A DNA stretch of 62,877 bases from Chara braunii (Eukaryota; Plantae; Charophyceae): positions 67,048-129,924 of the forward strand of contig BFEA01000002.1 of NCBI GenBank assembly GCA_003427395.1. Reading direction: 5' to 3'. The position numbers and the translations under genes are program-made. This document shows positions 13,833-26,067 of this stretch, piece by piece. The notes beneath the pieces are model-generated. The model did not search any database, had not been told where the DNA came from, and worked only from the letters and a program-made list of their open reading frames with translations. Numbering within the stretch: position 1 is the first letter of the stretch; every line of letters starts with the position of its first letter.

Positions 13833-15180
13833 TGTTACATGCTGCACATGCACACACGGGCCATTTTGCAGGCCCGACGTCGTTCAGGCCAAAAACCTGA
13901 ATTTTGGGCTTTAAGCCTGATATCCAAGGCTTACANGCCCCGCCGACGGTTCAGCCTGACAGCCCGAGAAAGGACCTACAGGCTCCAGCCTGTTTCCCTA
14001 CANGGNAACTTCCANGCTCTTGCCTGGAAGCTTCCTTCTGACAGGGCCTACAGGCCCCAGCCTATTTCCCTACAGGGAAACTTCCAGGCTCTTGCCTGGA
14101 AGCTTCCTTCTGACAGGGCCTACAGGCCCCAGCCTGTTTCCCTACAGGGAAACTTCCAGGCTCTGGCCTGTAAGCTTCCTTCTGACAGGGCCTACAGGCC
14201 CCAGCCTGTTTCCCTACAGGGAAACTTCCAGGCTCTTGCCTGGAAGCTTCCGCAGGGTCTAGGCCAGGGAGGCATTGGCAAGAGCGGCCTCCTGCGCATA
14301 GGGCATTGGCACAACCAGCCTCCTGCACGGGCCAGCACTATAAAGGACTGGCCCGCCCTACAGGAGGGAGGCAGTCGGCAGTTGTAGTCTTCAGGATTCG
14401 GGAGCAGCCCTCTGGAGGGAGCGCTTCGTTATAGTAGTGGTAGCGTTAGCTAGTAGCCTTCGGCGCTGGGCGCCACAGCTAGGATAGTGGTAGAGAGAGA
14501 GAGAGAGAGCTTGGGCGGAGGCCAGGGGTACCTACCTGCAGCGCCGTTGCTCCAGCTTCGTCTTCNNNNNNNNNNNNNNNNNNNNNNNNNNNNNNNNNNN
14601 NNNNNNNNNNNNNNNNNNNNNNNNNNNNNNNNNNNNNNNNNNNNNNNNNNNNNNNNNNNNNNNNNNNNNNNNNNNNNNNNNNNNNNNNNNNNNNNNNNNN
14701 NNNNNNNNNNNNNNNNNNNNNNNNNNNNNNNNNNNNNNNNNNNNNNNNNNNNNNATTTGGGATCGGTGACAAAGACTTGGTGTTAACGACACTCCCATCT
14801 TCCTCCCTCCTTTCGTCTGATCCTTACCTCTTCGTCTATGCATGTCTGGACCTGGCGCTTTCTTCCTGTGTGCAGCGCCAGGCTCCTTCACACCTGGTGA
14901 GGGGTGCGATGCATGTTTGGTCTGAGTTCAACCATCGGTTGGACTAGTTATCAACATTCTAGCAGTCTGTTTCGCTACTTGCTACTACGTGTGTAAGGTC
15001 AGTCCTTGTCAGGTCAGTCTTTGTATCTAAGTCTTCCCTGCGCTATTCAGCACTTTTGTATGTATGAGAATGCACATTGTCTGTCGAGATTCTACTCTCA
15101 CCGCATTGTCCATTTCAGTCCTTTTCGTCACATTGCAGTTCCTCGGTTATTACAAACATCACATATCTGTGCATGTAACA
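13833..15180 (+). mobile_element. Solo LTR, family C
   Basis: 10-bp inverted termini TGTTACATGC...GCATGTAACA, perfect 5-bp TSD CACAG, TATA-like CACTATAAAG at ~14337 (used to infer strand). Confidence 0.85.
13975..14250. repeat. 72-bp tandem repeat (~4 units) inside LTR C
   Basis: AAGCTTCCTTCTGACAGGGCCTACAGG at 14028, 14100 and 14172. Confidence 0.9.
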
Positions 15181-15442
15181 CACAGCCTGAGCGTCCTGGG
15201 GACAGTTTTTTCCCAAATCTTGTCCCACCATTGCCATGCAGGGACAGAGGAGGGGCACTGCAGAAAGATATGCTCAATTGTTTCAGCTCTTTTCTGCATT
15301 GGGTAGCACTGCAGGCACCTTTTGCACCGTGGAGTGGCTCTGCCTTGTTGTTCCAGGTTCGTGTAGTCTATCAGCCAGTTGCTAGTGGGTACACAGCAGT
15401 GTGCTATCTGCCACTGAAGTGAGGATATCTTAGCTGGCCTAA

Positions 15443-16864
15443 GGGCCTCGTTCGACACCACTACAAAATCGTTACTTTGTAAGGGCGCCCTTACGACGAG
15501 AAAGAGATTAATTTCCCCTTACCCCGTTTTCGTTCCAGGGCGCCCTTACGACGAGAAAGTGATTAATTTCCCCTTACCCCGTGTTTCGTTCCAGGGCTCC
15601 CTTACGACAAGAAAGTGATTAATTTTCCCTTACCCCATTTTTCATTCCAGGGCGCCCTTACGACGAGAAAGTGATTAATTTTCCCTTACCCCGTTTTTCG
15701 TTCCACAACCACTTACAAAAACCCTACAGTTAGGCGCACTTATGTTTCAAGTGCCTCCGTTTGCGTTCTAAGCGGCCGAAAGAGGAATCTTAATGTCCAA
15801 CCCGCAGTTGCGTCGGACAAAATCGTGCCTGCCACCTTTGGGCCCGTGGGACACCAGGTCCGGCCTCATCCCGAAGCCGGGCGGGGCCGTGATCTGGGCG
15901 CGTGATAACATCCGCCCGCAAGGAGAAAGCGCGTGCGGACCCTCACCATTCGAATTCAAATTCTGCACTACCAGTTTGCTTCGCACACATTGCATTCTAG
16001 AGTCCTTGTGTGTGCGTTTTCGACGTTGCATGCGCCAATACTCTACCGTCGCGGAACCGCAAGTGGCTCCGCATGGCTGCCGTGTGGCATGTTTTCGCAT
16101 GGGAGTTCAGGTATGGACGGCAGCTGAAGGGATAAGGCGGCGACGAGGAGACTGTCACCCTGTGAGAAGACCATGGTCGCCAGTGTCGTCATCGTGGTCT
16201 GTCGGCACATGGAGACGGTGAATGGACTACGGTTGGAGGCTGGGAGAGGTAAGGGGAGGAGGGAGGTCGCCATAGCCCAGGCGTTGGCAGACAGACCACG
16301 AGGGCGACACTTGCGGGGCACCGCACAGCCATCTCACCCGCCTCCACACAGACCCAAGACCGCCAACGGCCATCTCACCGGCCTCCACACGGACCCCTGC
16401 AACAGTCGCCTCGAAACGCCAGCCAAAACGGCAAACCGGAGGGACTGCGGGGGCACAGGCGGGGCACCGCACGACCGTTGGAGGTTGCCGTGGGACTGCG
16501 GTCCCACGGTCTACCGGACAACACCGTCGTTGGAGGTTGCCATGGGACCGCTGTCCCAGCAGTCTACCGGACAACACCGTCGTTGGACCAGGAATCCCCA
16601 GGGCACACCTGACATAACAAACAAACAAAAAAAAAAACGTTTTTTTCGCAGATGTACCGGTGCCACCCCCTACTTTCAAGTCACCTCCACGGTCGTCCTT
16701 ACGTTAAGGTCCATTTTGGCTGGGGAGTCCTTACTTTTGTAGGGCCCACCCTTACGGCCGCGAGTGTGAAAACAAGTTTGACTTCTTTTTCTTTGTGATT
16801 AGGGAGGGGTGGAACGATGAAAACCTTACATGTAAGGGTTTTGTAATGGTGTTGAACGATGCCC
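15443..16864. mobile_element. Non-autonomous PIF/Harbinger (Tourist-like) element
   Basis: TAA|GGGCCTCGTTCGACACCACTACAAAA ... TTTTGTAATGGTGTTGAACGATGCCC|TAA, with four ~58-bp subterminal repeats at 15483-15705. Confidence 0.85.
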
Positions 16865-17314
16865 TAATTTTACTCTCCTGGAACCGTCAAATGGGCTTGA
16901 GAAGTTGGCGGCTGACATTGAGGTGTCCTTGCCATCTCTCATTCACAATGTCCCGCAGTGCTCTTTTGACCCTGAGAATTTTGTATGCAGTCTCGACTTG
17001 GAGATTAGCTAGGGTTCGGGGTTTCTGCGGGTGTCAACCCCTCTTTGTTTACGGGGGGACTACAGCCATTCTGCCGCGTCCAGTGGCAGTTCTGACAGTG
17101 GCGTATCCGGGCGGTAGGCCCGTTGGTCCTTCCCTTCCCCTAAGATTCGGATACAGTACAGCTAATCCTTGTCAGTCCATTCAAAGGGGCGGCTGCTCCC
17201 CTGCAAGGATCCATTTTCCCCAGGGAAAAGTGTTCCACCGACACATTGTCCTGTCGTACGAGGTGGATCAGGCCTACCCATCCCAGGGCATTCTTTTGGG
17301 CCACCTAGTCTCCC

Positions 17315-19614
17315 TGCGACGAACTGTTTTCTGCAACCGCGCGATTTTATGCGCAAGGCTACTTCGTGGGTTGAATCAGGAGGGCCCGTGGGATTACATG
17401 GGTGCCCTTGCTTTTCTTGTATTTTGGAATCGAGGCCGGGTAATCTTGTGACGATTGGTAGCTGGTCGCGCCTTAGCGAGCGTGAAAGATAATTGTTGCC
17501 ATAGCTTCTTTCTTGTTCTACTGTGGGAAATGGCAATTTTGGCGCGGTCGTCGCAAGGGAAAATCTTTTTGAATTTTCAACTGTCAAGCCCCCGTGGGCT
17601 CTCGGAATTTCTTCGTTCGAAATTTCTTTTTGCAATTAGGATTTAGATTAAGAATTTGGGCATGTCTCAATTTTTGTTGCACGGCGCTTCGTGCTTGCGC
17701 ACGCTCTGCCGCGTCAGGATCTGTGTTCTCATTTTTCCTCACCTTAATCCTTGCCTCTAACTGTAACTTTTGTTTTGGCGGCCATAATTGCAACTGTAAT
17801 CCTCCTGTTATTGATATCTTTTGTGGCATCCCTGTGCGCACGTAGTTCTTCTTCCTCTGTCCTATTGGCCTGAACGCTTGCATGACTGGATCGACATGTG
17901 GAGTGAGGCTACGTCCCCCGCGCCACGGCTCGGCCATGCAGACGTAGGCACTTCCTTCCTCTTCCTTCTTTTCCACTTAAGCACAACCCCGGGTATCTCG
18001 TGCAAGCATGCATGCTATAAATTTCGCAAGCGCAATTAACTCGCTCTCTAAGAATTCTTGGAGTTAGCATGGTCGAGAGGATCGGCTAACGAGCGAGATT
18101 TGGAAGGTGAGCAGAGAGTTGGGCGATCCGACAAGCTGGTGCTGGGCATGTGGGGTTGACGTGGGCCGCGACAGACTGTGGCACACGGGCGAACCTGGCT
18201 GGCATGTTCGAACTAAGAAGGTGACAACTCTGTGTGGGTGCGAGGCGATGGACCACCCGCATCGAGATGTTGTGGGGAGAGGGAGAGAGACGGGATGTGT
18301 TGTGGTGATGGTTCTCTTCCATCCTTCTGAGCAATTTTGGTATTCCGTGCCAGTCGCCTTGTCCTTCTTTTTTATCGGCATCTCGGATTTTTCGTTTTCC
18401 TTGCTTCCTTTCTTCGGAGATTGACATGTGGATTGTTTTTCCCCACCCTCTGTCTCTGTCTTTTTGAATCGGGAAATCTGATTGATTGGTACCAGACGAT
18501 CGAGCCATGTGTGATATCTATGCTGATTGGCCAAACAGTTGTTTGCATGATCCTCGATTTTTTCTGTTTGTATGAAAGCTAGATGCATGCATGATAGGCG
18601 TGATTTTGTCTGTGTATGAATTGGATAAGCATGCTAGACTATTAGATGACCGTCTCACTATAGGATGATCCATCTCACGAATCGCTGGCTTTCACACATA
18701 TGATTGAAGGACCGGTCCCGCACACGCACGTGTAGGCTTGACCAAAGACGATCGCTGCCTACACGCGCGTCTGCAACGCCTGAACTCGACTAATTTCCCG
18801 AATGGTTGGTGTTCCACCCCGACTTGCAGCATGAATTTCGGCGTTCCCTTTCGTGTCACTAACCGCGAGTGTTTGAGGGATCGGGAATTCCGGGAATATT
18901 GGGAGCACTCTTGTTTGCCTGCACAACCCTGGGCGGAACCTCCAGAATTTCCCTACTTGACGGGGAACGAGTGTATTTGCGAGTGGGACCTCAACCAGGC
19001 CTTGGGACATAACCCCCATCTCCCCAGCTACTCTAGCCCATACACGTGTCACGTCCTCACGGGGCCCAAAATCACTATCTTAGGGACCGAATTCCCTCCC
19101 TATCACCGCATCCTACCCTACCATTCCCTAACCATCGTCCCTTGGCTCGCAATCGCTCCTTACCGGCCCCAGCCCCCGTGCTCAGAGTGTCTGCGCGACC
19201 ACGAGTACCGAGCCTCCGGCTTCATCTGGCGAACTTGTTCGGCGGAAGAACAACGGGTGCACAGTCTTCGATTGAGGCCAGCCGCATCGGATTCGAAAAC
19301 TTGCAACGTTGGACATCGACAGGTGACGAATCAGCGGGATACCCATAGCGTCCCGATAGTGCACCAGATACGACCCCGACCCAGACGACGGAACCAACGG
19401 AGGCGGTAGCTCTGTCCCCCGAAGCAAAACAGAACTCCAGTCCACGCCTACCCTCCTGCATTCGTATCCCGGAGCTTGCCACAAGAGATCTCAGTTCCGA
19501 CCTCGGACTCCACCCCCACTTTCCTAAAATCCTTGGCACAACCCTTTTTCGCACTTCCAAGCCCACTCACACTCTGATCAGGAAGTCGCGTCGGGCGTGA
19601 GGTTGGGCGTCACA
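17315..19614 (+). mobile_element. Solo LTR, family B
   Basis: TGCGACGAAC...GTGAGGTTGGGCGTCACA with a perfect 4-bp TSD TCCC. Confidence 0.9.
18738..19409 (+). CDS. Uninterrupted LTR-encoded CxxC protein of unknown function, family B (first ATG at 18831)
   Basis: 223-codon open frame with PF.VT...FREYWE...FPY...CEWD...FPPY..LPYHSL..VPW...CSEC...GF..R..S.EE...LRP..SDS, homologous to six other copies. Confidence 0.65.
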   Translation: MTKDDRCLHARLQRLNSTNFPNGWCSTPTCSMNFGVPFRVTNRECLRDREFREYWEHSCLPAQPWAEPPEFPYLTGNECICEWDLNQALGHNPHLPSYSSPYTCHVLTGPKITILGTEFPPYHRILPYHSLTIVPWLAIAPYRPQPPCSECLRDHEYRASGFIWRTCSAEEQRVHSLRLRPAASDSKTCNVGHRQVTNQRDTHSVPIVHQIRPRPRRRNQRRR

Positions 19615-21730
19615 TCCCTCTTCGAGTGTAGGCGCTCTTCTGAGAATATTATGCCATGCTATAGGGAGGCTCTATCAGATCCTCCAAGGCAAACCCTATT
19701 TGGTGACAATAACATAGGCAGCACCGGAGCTCGTCCTCCTTCCAACAATCCTCTATGTCCTTATCCCAGAAGTCCCAACCCGTAAAATTTTCATTCTTCA
19801 CGCACCCTCTCCACGGAGAGTCCGTGCTGCAATGGACCCAGCCATGTGGGTCGGAAATCCACCAATTGCCTAAGAGTGATTGCCTAGTTACTTCCTCCCA
19901 CCGTGTGGGCACCAGTCTGCCCGGGACCGGAGTTTCCTCCAGGTTACAAGGAGCCTCAATTAGAAGTCCTCCATGGCCAGGTCCCTCCTTTGCTCGGTGG
20001 CTATGGTGGTGTGGTTACTCCTTGGCCTACGTGGGATCTTCTAATACCTGTCTTCGAGCCAGATTAATGGGTCTACACCTGGGAGGGTCTCATGAGTTAA
20101 ACGGTCGAGCTGGTCGAGGGCTAGGAGGCACCGTGAGGACTTTCAGGTGGACAGGGTGAGTGTCCTCACCCACTGCAGTCCACGGGGTTAATAATACCCA
20201 GCCCACCTTTTGCTTTGGGTTGGATCACCGAGTCCCAAGCGACTCAGTTGATGGCATGTGGGCTCTCGCCGCCCCTCATCCATAAGAAGGCTGCCACCTG
20301 CCGCCTTAGTCTTCTCAATGCAGCCTCCCCTAGGGACCACAGGACTGACTTGTACCATAATGCAGCCAGCACCGCGTTGTTTATGACAAGAGTGTGCCCA
20401 AAAATAGAGGTATGCTTATTGTTCCAAGGAGAGTTTGGCCAGCGCAAGGGATTGCACCCATTCATAGTTCATCGCCGGCTTCCCCTGTGCTGATGTGGAA
20501 ACCTCCAGGACCCAAACCGTGGCTTCCAGCCAGAGCCATAAGATTTGAGGGGTCTTGAGAGGTCTCTCCCCTTTATGATTCAGCCACCATCCCAAAGTTT
20601 TATGTCCCAGTTCACCGGCATATCAGACAGGCTGCAGAAGTGGTCCATCAGCCATTCAATCTCCCATCAGCCGTCCAATCTCGTCCATATTTTGGGGACT
20701 AGCATCCAGCATGACTGTGAGGTCGTCCGTGAAGGAGGAGCGCACCCGTATAGCTTCCTCTGGGATCTGCGTAATTATAATTGTCTGGAGGTCCTTGTGC
20801 CAACAACGCCTCCATTATAATGAGGAAGAAAAAGGGTGCGATTGGACCTCCTTGTCTAATCAATCGTTGTAACCAAATTTTGAGGGCTAAGGAACTGATA
20901 ATCTGAACTATGGTGGTGGTGTTCCCATGCAGAATTAGGACCCATCTCAAAGTTCTTCTCGAGGAACTTGCCCAAGAAGACCCACCCAGTCTAAGTGATC
21001 GTACGCTTTTTCAAAGTCTATAAAAATAAAGGTGGCATTCTGTTTGTTAGTTTGTCCCATCAGCTTGATCATTTCTTCGATTAGGAGGATGTTCTCTTTT
21101 CTGTGTCAATTATGGATGAACCCGCTGTGTGCTGGATGAAAGATGATCTCCATCACCCAATCATGCGGTTGGCCAATGCTTTTGACAACATTTAGTACAC
21201 CGCCATCAGGAGGGTGATGTCGTGGTATTTCCTCAAATTCATCTAACCTCCTGTCTTGTGAAGGAGAGATATTGTTCAAGGGTTTCCTCAAGTGTACACG
21301 GAACCATAAATCGAGTGCGCATAAATTAATCACAATTTCTCTTCTAGTGTGCACTTGAAACTCAAGTATTTTGAAGTGGTGTCAAGCGAGGCTCAAATAC
21401 CTTCAAGTAACTTGCCTTCTCCAAGAAGAGATTGTTTTTTTAATTAAACCACCAGTACTTGGCCCAGCTATCAAGTCCGAGCCTCGGCCGACCGGTATGC
21501 CAAGCCTTGCCGAGACTCGAACTACCGGGCGCTAACCTCCCGTCCTTGGAGAAGGACACGGAAAAAAAAAAAAAAAAAAAAAAAAAAAACAGAAAAAAAG
21601 AAACAAAAAAAAACAACAACAACAGAAAATGCAAAAGGCAACGACAGAAAAACATGGAATAAAGAAAAAAAAACGGTTACCTCGACGGTGTATCTTTGCA
21701 TGTTCACGATTCACTCTCGTTTTCATTTTC

Positions 21731-21800
<70 letters not shown>

Positions 21801-21893
21801 CTCGAACTACCGGGCACTAACCTCCCATCCTACGCTTTACCGGGCAGCTCTGTTTGACTATATATATCTAGTCAACCCAATATATATATAATA

Positions 21894-22183
21894 TGTGACA
21901 GACCTTTCTTTGTTTCGTGGATGTTTTGCTGGCTTGTGATGGGGTGTGGACCGACAGTCTGTAGACTTTTCCATCTGGTGTGGGCGAGTGATAGTCTACT
22001 TTGATTTTGGTTAAGGTAGATTATCATTTACAGTGTAATCAGAGAGGGGATTCTGCAGACTGTTGAGGGTTCAGCCTCCTGATGAGTCGGTGAAACTCCG
22101 ACGAAACAGTTTGTCACAGCCCCTCGGTTGTTGTCCTCTTCTCTCTCTCTGCCTCCGGTTTACCGGGCAGTTCTGTTTGTGAC
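21894..22183 (+). mobile_element. (TA)n-flanked, 5'-truncated hammerhead-bearing element
   Basis: Lies between TA runs and ends ...TACCGGGCAGTTCTGTTTGTGAC|TATATA like its other copies. A longer copy starts at ~22191 and runs into the gap, and a 30-bp 3' stub sits at ~21829-21858. Confidence 0.75.
22055..22114 (+). ncRNA. Type III hammerhead ribozyme
   Basis: Stem III GCAGACUGU/ACAGUUUGU; cleavage triplet GUU (cut after 22064); stem I GAGG/CCUC with loop GUUCAG; core CUGAUGA; stem II GUCGG/CCGAC with loop UGAAACU; GAAA. Confidence 0.85.
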
Positions 22184-24464
22184 TATATATGCTACGACTT
22201 CGCTAGCTTCCTGCTACGTTTTTTCCCGTCAGGTCGAGCGGCAGTGGTCGGGCCCGTTAATAGGCGGCCATGCTGTGCCTCTAGTGCCAGCGGCGTGTCT
22301 GGAGTGTATTTTTTGGCTGTGACAGACCTTTCTTTGTTTCGTGGATGTTTTGCTGGCTTGTGANNNNNNNNNNNNNNNNNNNNNNNNNNNNNNNNNNNNN
22401 NNNNNNNNNNNNNNNNNNNNNNNNNNNNNNNNNNNNNNNNNNNNNNNNNNNNNNNNNNNNNNNNNNNNNNNNNNNNNNNNNNNNNNNNNNNNNNNNNNNN
22501 NNNNNNNNNNNNNNNNNNNNNNNNNNNNNNNNNAGATCTTATGTAGTGTACACATCTGTGGTCACTACAGGCGCTTCTTGCGCTCCGAGTGTTTGTTTCG
22601 TGCACAGAGAGGACAGAGAAGAGGGAGAGACAGGAGGAAGAGAAGAAGAACCGGAGAGGACGAGGCTGGAGGAAGAGGGGAGGAGGGGGAGGAGGAGGAG
22701 AAGAGCGGCGGTAGAAGAGAGAAACGACAAAAATTTTCGAGGGCACTGACGAGTCTCAAGAGTTTGAAAAACGATCTGATTTGATTCGATTCGGACGCCA
22801 ACTGCACTTCCTCGATCGGCGTTCCCGTCCGAGTCAAAAATCTTCCAGCAAGGACCAGATCCATCGCTGGACGAATCCTGACCGTTGGTTTAAGTGCGAA
22901 TTGAGGAGGATCGATCCCTTGACTGATCGTCGGCACAATTACAAAATGGATCCATAGAGAGAGGGGGGAAGAATGAGGGCGAAGAGGCACCACAGGACCT
23001 AAACCAAAAATTTGAAAAGGGAAAGTTAAAAAAAAAAGTACAAGTAAAACAAAAAGGAAAACCGCAACAAAGAGCAGATGGACGAAGGGAGAATCAGAGT
23101 CAAGATGGAAGAGTTCTGACAGGTAAGACAGCTTCATGCGCAGACGGGTAAGATAGGGAGGGGGCTGGGGACGGGGGCTGGGGGGCAGGGGACGGGGGGC
23201 GGGGGGGATGCAGTGAATGAGTGAGCTGTGGACAGACAAGATGCGGGGCAGATACATTTGGGTGGGGATATGAGATGGGGGGGCGTGGAAGAAGATGAAA
23301 AGAGATCAGGAAATCTGGCGACAGAGGAGGAGCAGATGATTTGGGGTGTGGATTGGGGATTGTGGTCGGGGAAAAGGGGGTGGGGGGCGGGGCGGGGCGG
23401 ACACGGGAGGAGGATGGGCTAGGGAGCAGGAGACGAAGGATGGGGAGCAGGGAGGAGGCGGGCGTTGATGGCGCAGGTGGACAGGGATTAGGAGAGCGCG
23501 GAAGGGAGGGGAGAGAGGGGGATGAGGAGCTAACGGATCCAGGTAAGCGGCCGATGGGCGGGGAACGAGGCTGACGGATGGGATCGGGGCGGCGAATGGA
23601 AGGTACGGAAGAAGATGGATGCGGTGGCGGTTGCAGATGAGTGAAGCCAGATCAATGCCTGACGGATGCATCTGAATCGATCCGCAGATGGGATAAGGTT
23701 AGATGGATAAGAAGATTTTAGATGGATAAAGTAAGATGTTTAATAAGGTTTATATGGATGGATGGATGGATAGGATATTGATGGCTGGCGAACACAAGGA
23801 TCGGCCGCCCGCACGCGGATGCATGCGAAGAAGACTAATGGCAGCAGCCACAGACAGACCACGTGGACCCTGCTGCAATTGGATAAAGTCGGATGGATAA
23901 GGTTATAATTGGCCGTTCACGCATGTCTGCTACACAGATGCATGCCACGTGGAATTTGCGGAAGTGCAAGAACATGCAGGATCGAGGTGAGGGGGTATGG
24001 GTCGTGGGTTGAGGGGAGAGGGAGAATGGTAGGGGGGTGGAGGGAGGAGAAGTGGGAGAGCTGGGGAGAGGCAAAAGGATAAGGTTGAGCAAGTCACAGG
24101 ATGGTGGTCGCTGATCTGCCGTCACAGGATAAGGCTCTCACAAGCTCGGCAGAGAGCGAGTTAATTGCGTACATACCGACAGCAAGCAGATAGACGACAA
24201 TATGCCCTTGTTAACAACGTTTGTCGGCATCTTACGTGTCCATGGCGAGAGTAGATCTTTGAAAATGCCTGATGAAGCCGCTAACGAAGAGGAAGAAGAA
24301 AAGAGTGTAGAAATGCATATAGCTGCTATGCTGTCTTTCTTCAGGCGATCGCGCTCTCCTAACACAAACAGACGGCAAGGGCTACCTTCCTGTCAGTCTC
24401 AGCCACATTGACACAATGCTTCTATGTGGGCGACGAGAGAAGCGAGAAAAGGCGGCAGAGTTCC

Positions 24465-24575
24465 TCGCCGTACCACTCACCAAATGTGAAAAAGACAAAA
24501 ATATATCGGGTTCACCTTTCCACGTTCTGGCGGGAAATACATTCCCATTTTGCACATTTGGTGATTGGTGCAGCC
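24465..24575. mobile_element. ~120-bp inverted-repeat MITE family (also ~26165-26300, ~38155-38265, ~45020-45100, ~46510-46630, ~47186-47308)
   Basis: Arms CCACT(A)CTCACCAAATGTG(C)AAAA / TTTTGCACATTTGGTGAGTAGTGG around a shared core AAGACAAAA.AT..GG...TTCCA.GTTCT. Confidence 0.6.
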
Positions 24576-24875
24576 AAGCTATCTATCTCTATGGTTCCGT
24601 TTCACAGGAAGTTCCCGTCAGATTCGGGACACCCACTGGCGCCATAACAGCGTTGTTTGATATCCTCCGAATATTGTCATCGCCTCACATTTCCCGCCAT
24701 CATCTCATTTTCCGCCATCATCTCATTTGCCACGTGGACAATGAACATTCGAGCGCCCGTACTGGAACCGGCCACTCAGCCCGTCCAGGCGGGACCAGCT
24801 TGCACCATGACCGAGGTTTCGGAATCAGGCCCACTGCACGTTAACCCTTCGCGACTGTCCTCGTATACCAGACCG

Positions 24876-24974
24876 GGGGCAAGGTCCCAGTTGCGCAAAT
24901 AAGCAGATTTCGGCCGTTGATCTTTGCTATCTACGGTCAGTATCTCTTAATTCGTGCAAGTGGGACCTAGCCCC
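24876..24974. mobile_element. 99-bp MITE (GGGGC termini, Harbinger-like), copy 1
   Basis: GGGGCAAGGTCCCAGTTGC ... GCAAGTGGGACCTAGCCCC. Confidence 0.7.
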
Positions 24975-25417
24975 AGGGAGGGGATCACCGCCAGACGCTA
25001 CCCTATGTTCGTGCTTAGGAAACATGAATCTTGCCTGCCTAACAATCCGCCGGGTTCGCGCTTAGAGCTTTTTGAAAAGAAAAAAAAACGGGGCCTCCCG
25101 CAAATTGCCTTGCCGAGGGGGAAGCAGCATAGTAAACCAACCTGCCTTGCTGTGCTGCAGCAGGCGAAGGTGTTCTGCCATACTGAAGCACACTTTGCAC
25201 TGGGTAGAACTCGCGGGGAACGGAGGCTACGCCCCCCACCGCCCGCCTCCCCGTACACCCCCTCTCTGCACCTTCCTGCCCCTCACGCTCTTTTTTTTCT
25301 TTTGGGGTAAAACAGTTTGTTTGTTTGTTTGTTTTTCCGAAGGTAAGCTATATTCTCCTCTCGGAGTTGTGATAGATGGAGGGAGGGCTGGTACCCGGCG
25401 GGTAGGGGTAGTGCTCC

Positions 25418-25516
25418 GGGGCAAGGTCCCATTTGCACGGATTAGGAGATTTCAGCCGTTGATCTTCGCTATCGACGGTTAAGATCTTTTAATTTGTGCA
25501 AGTGGGACCTAGCCCC
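25418..25516. mobile_element. 99-bp MITE, copy 2
   Basis: Same TIRs and interior as 24876-24974. Confidence 0.7.
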
Positions 25517-25710
25517 CGGTAACAGCATAGCTGCGCCTCTTACCGCGCCTAGTGCTGTTTACCTGGGAAACTCGCCACCAAGAAGAGAAGCAGGACGAAG
25601 GATGTGCTCGCGCCTCCTCGTGGGTGGAGGCTAGGCCTCATGGCACCGTCCTCCATCAAACAGTCCAGAGCGAAAGTAGGTAGGTTCGTGACCATAGCTG
25701 GAGATGACTA

Positions 25711-25995
25711 CCGTCTTCCCCCGAACATAACGCATATGTGTTGTATTCGAGTTTTCCAAAAAAAACGATTTTTGGAAAGTTAGACATTTTTCTTCGAATA
25801 CAAAGGCACTTTAAATATAACTCATATGCGTTCTATTTGAATAATATGCGCATGTATTATATTTGAATTTCACGAAGAGAAAATTGTTGTATTCGAATAT
25901 AACCTTTTTCTTTTTTTCCCCCGAAGGTCGCCTGTTCCATTCTTGCCCTGGTGAACGGGACAGGCCCGTGCAGGCCCGTAATCACAGATCACTGT

Positions 25996-26067
<72 letters not shown>

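Larger units (their letters stand above)
13560..21200 (-). mobile_element. Decayed L1/Tx1-like LINE (RT to C-terminus) interrupted by three insertions
   Basis: FIFIDFEKAYDHLD (~21010), IRQGGPIAPFFF, FTDDLT (~20720), LWY...VAAFLW, CKRC...ETIEHIFLQCP (zf-RVT, ~15260). Outer limits approximate. Confidence 0.75.

Noticed and set aside
15458-16848. CACTA transposon (CACTACAAAA)
   Set aside because: The inverted repeat extends outward to GGGC termini with a TAA TSD, which fits Harbinger
23156-23400. G-run cluster (potential G-quadruplex)
   Set aside because: Low-complexity purine-rich sequence, common in this window, with no evidence of function
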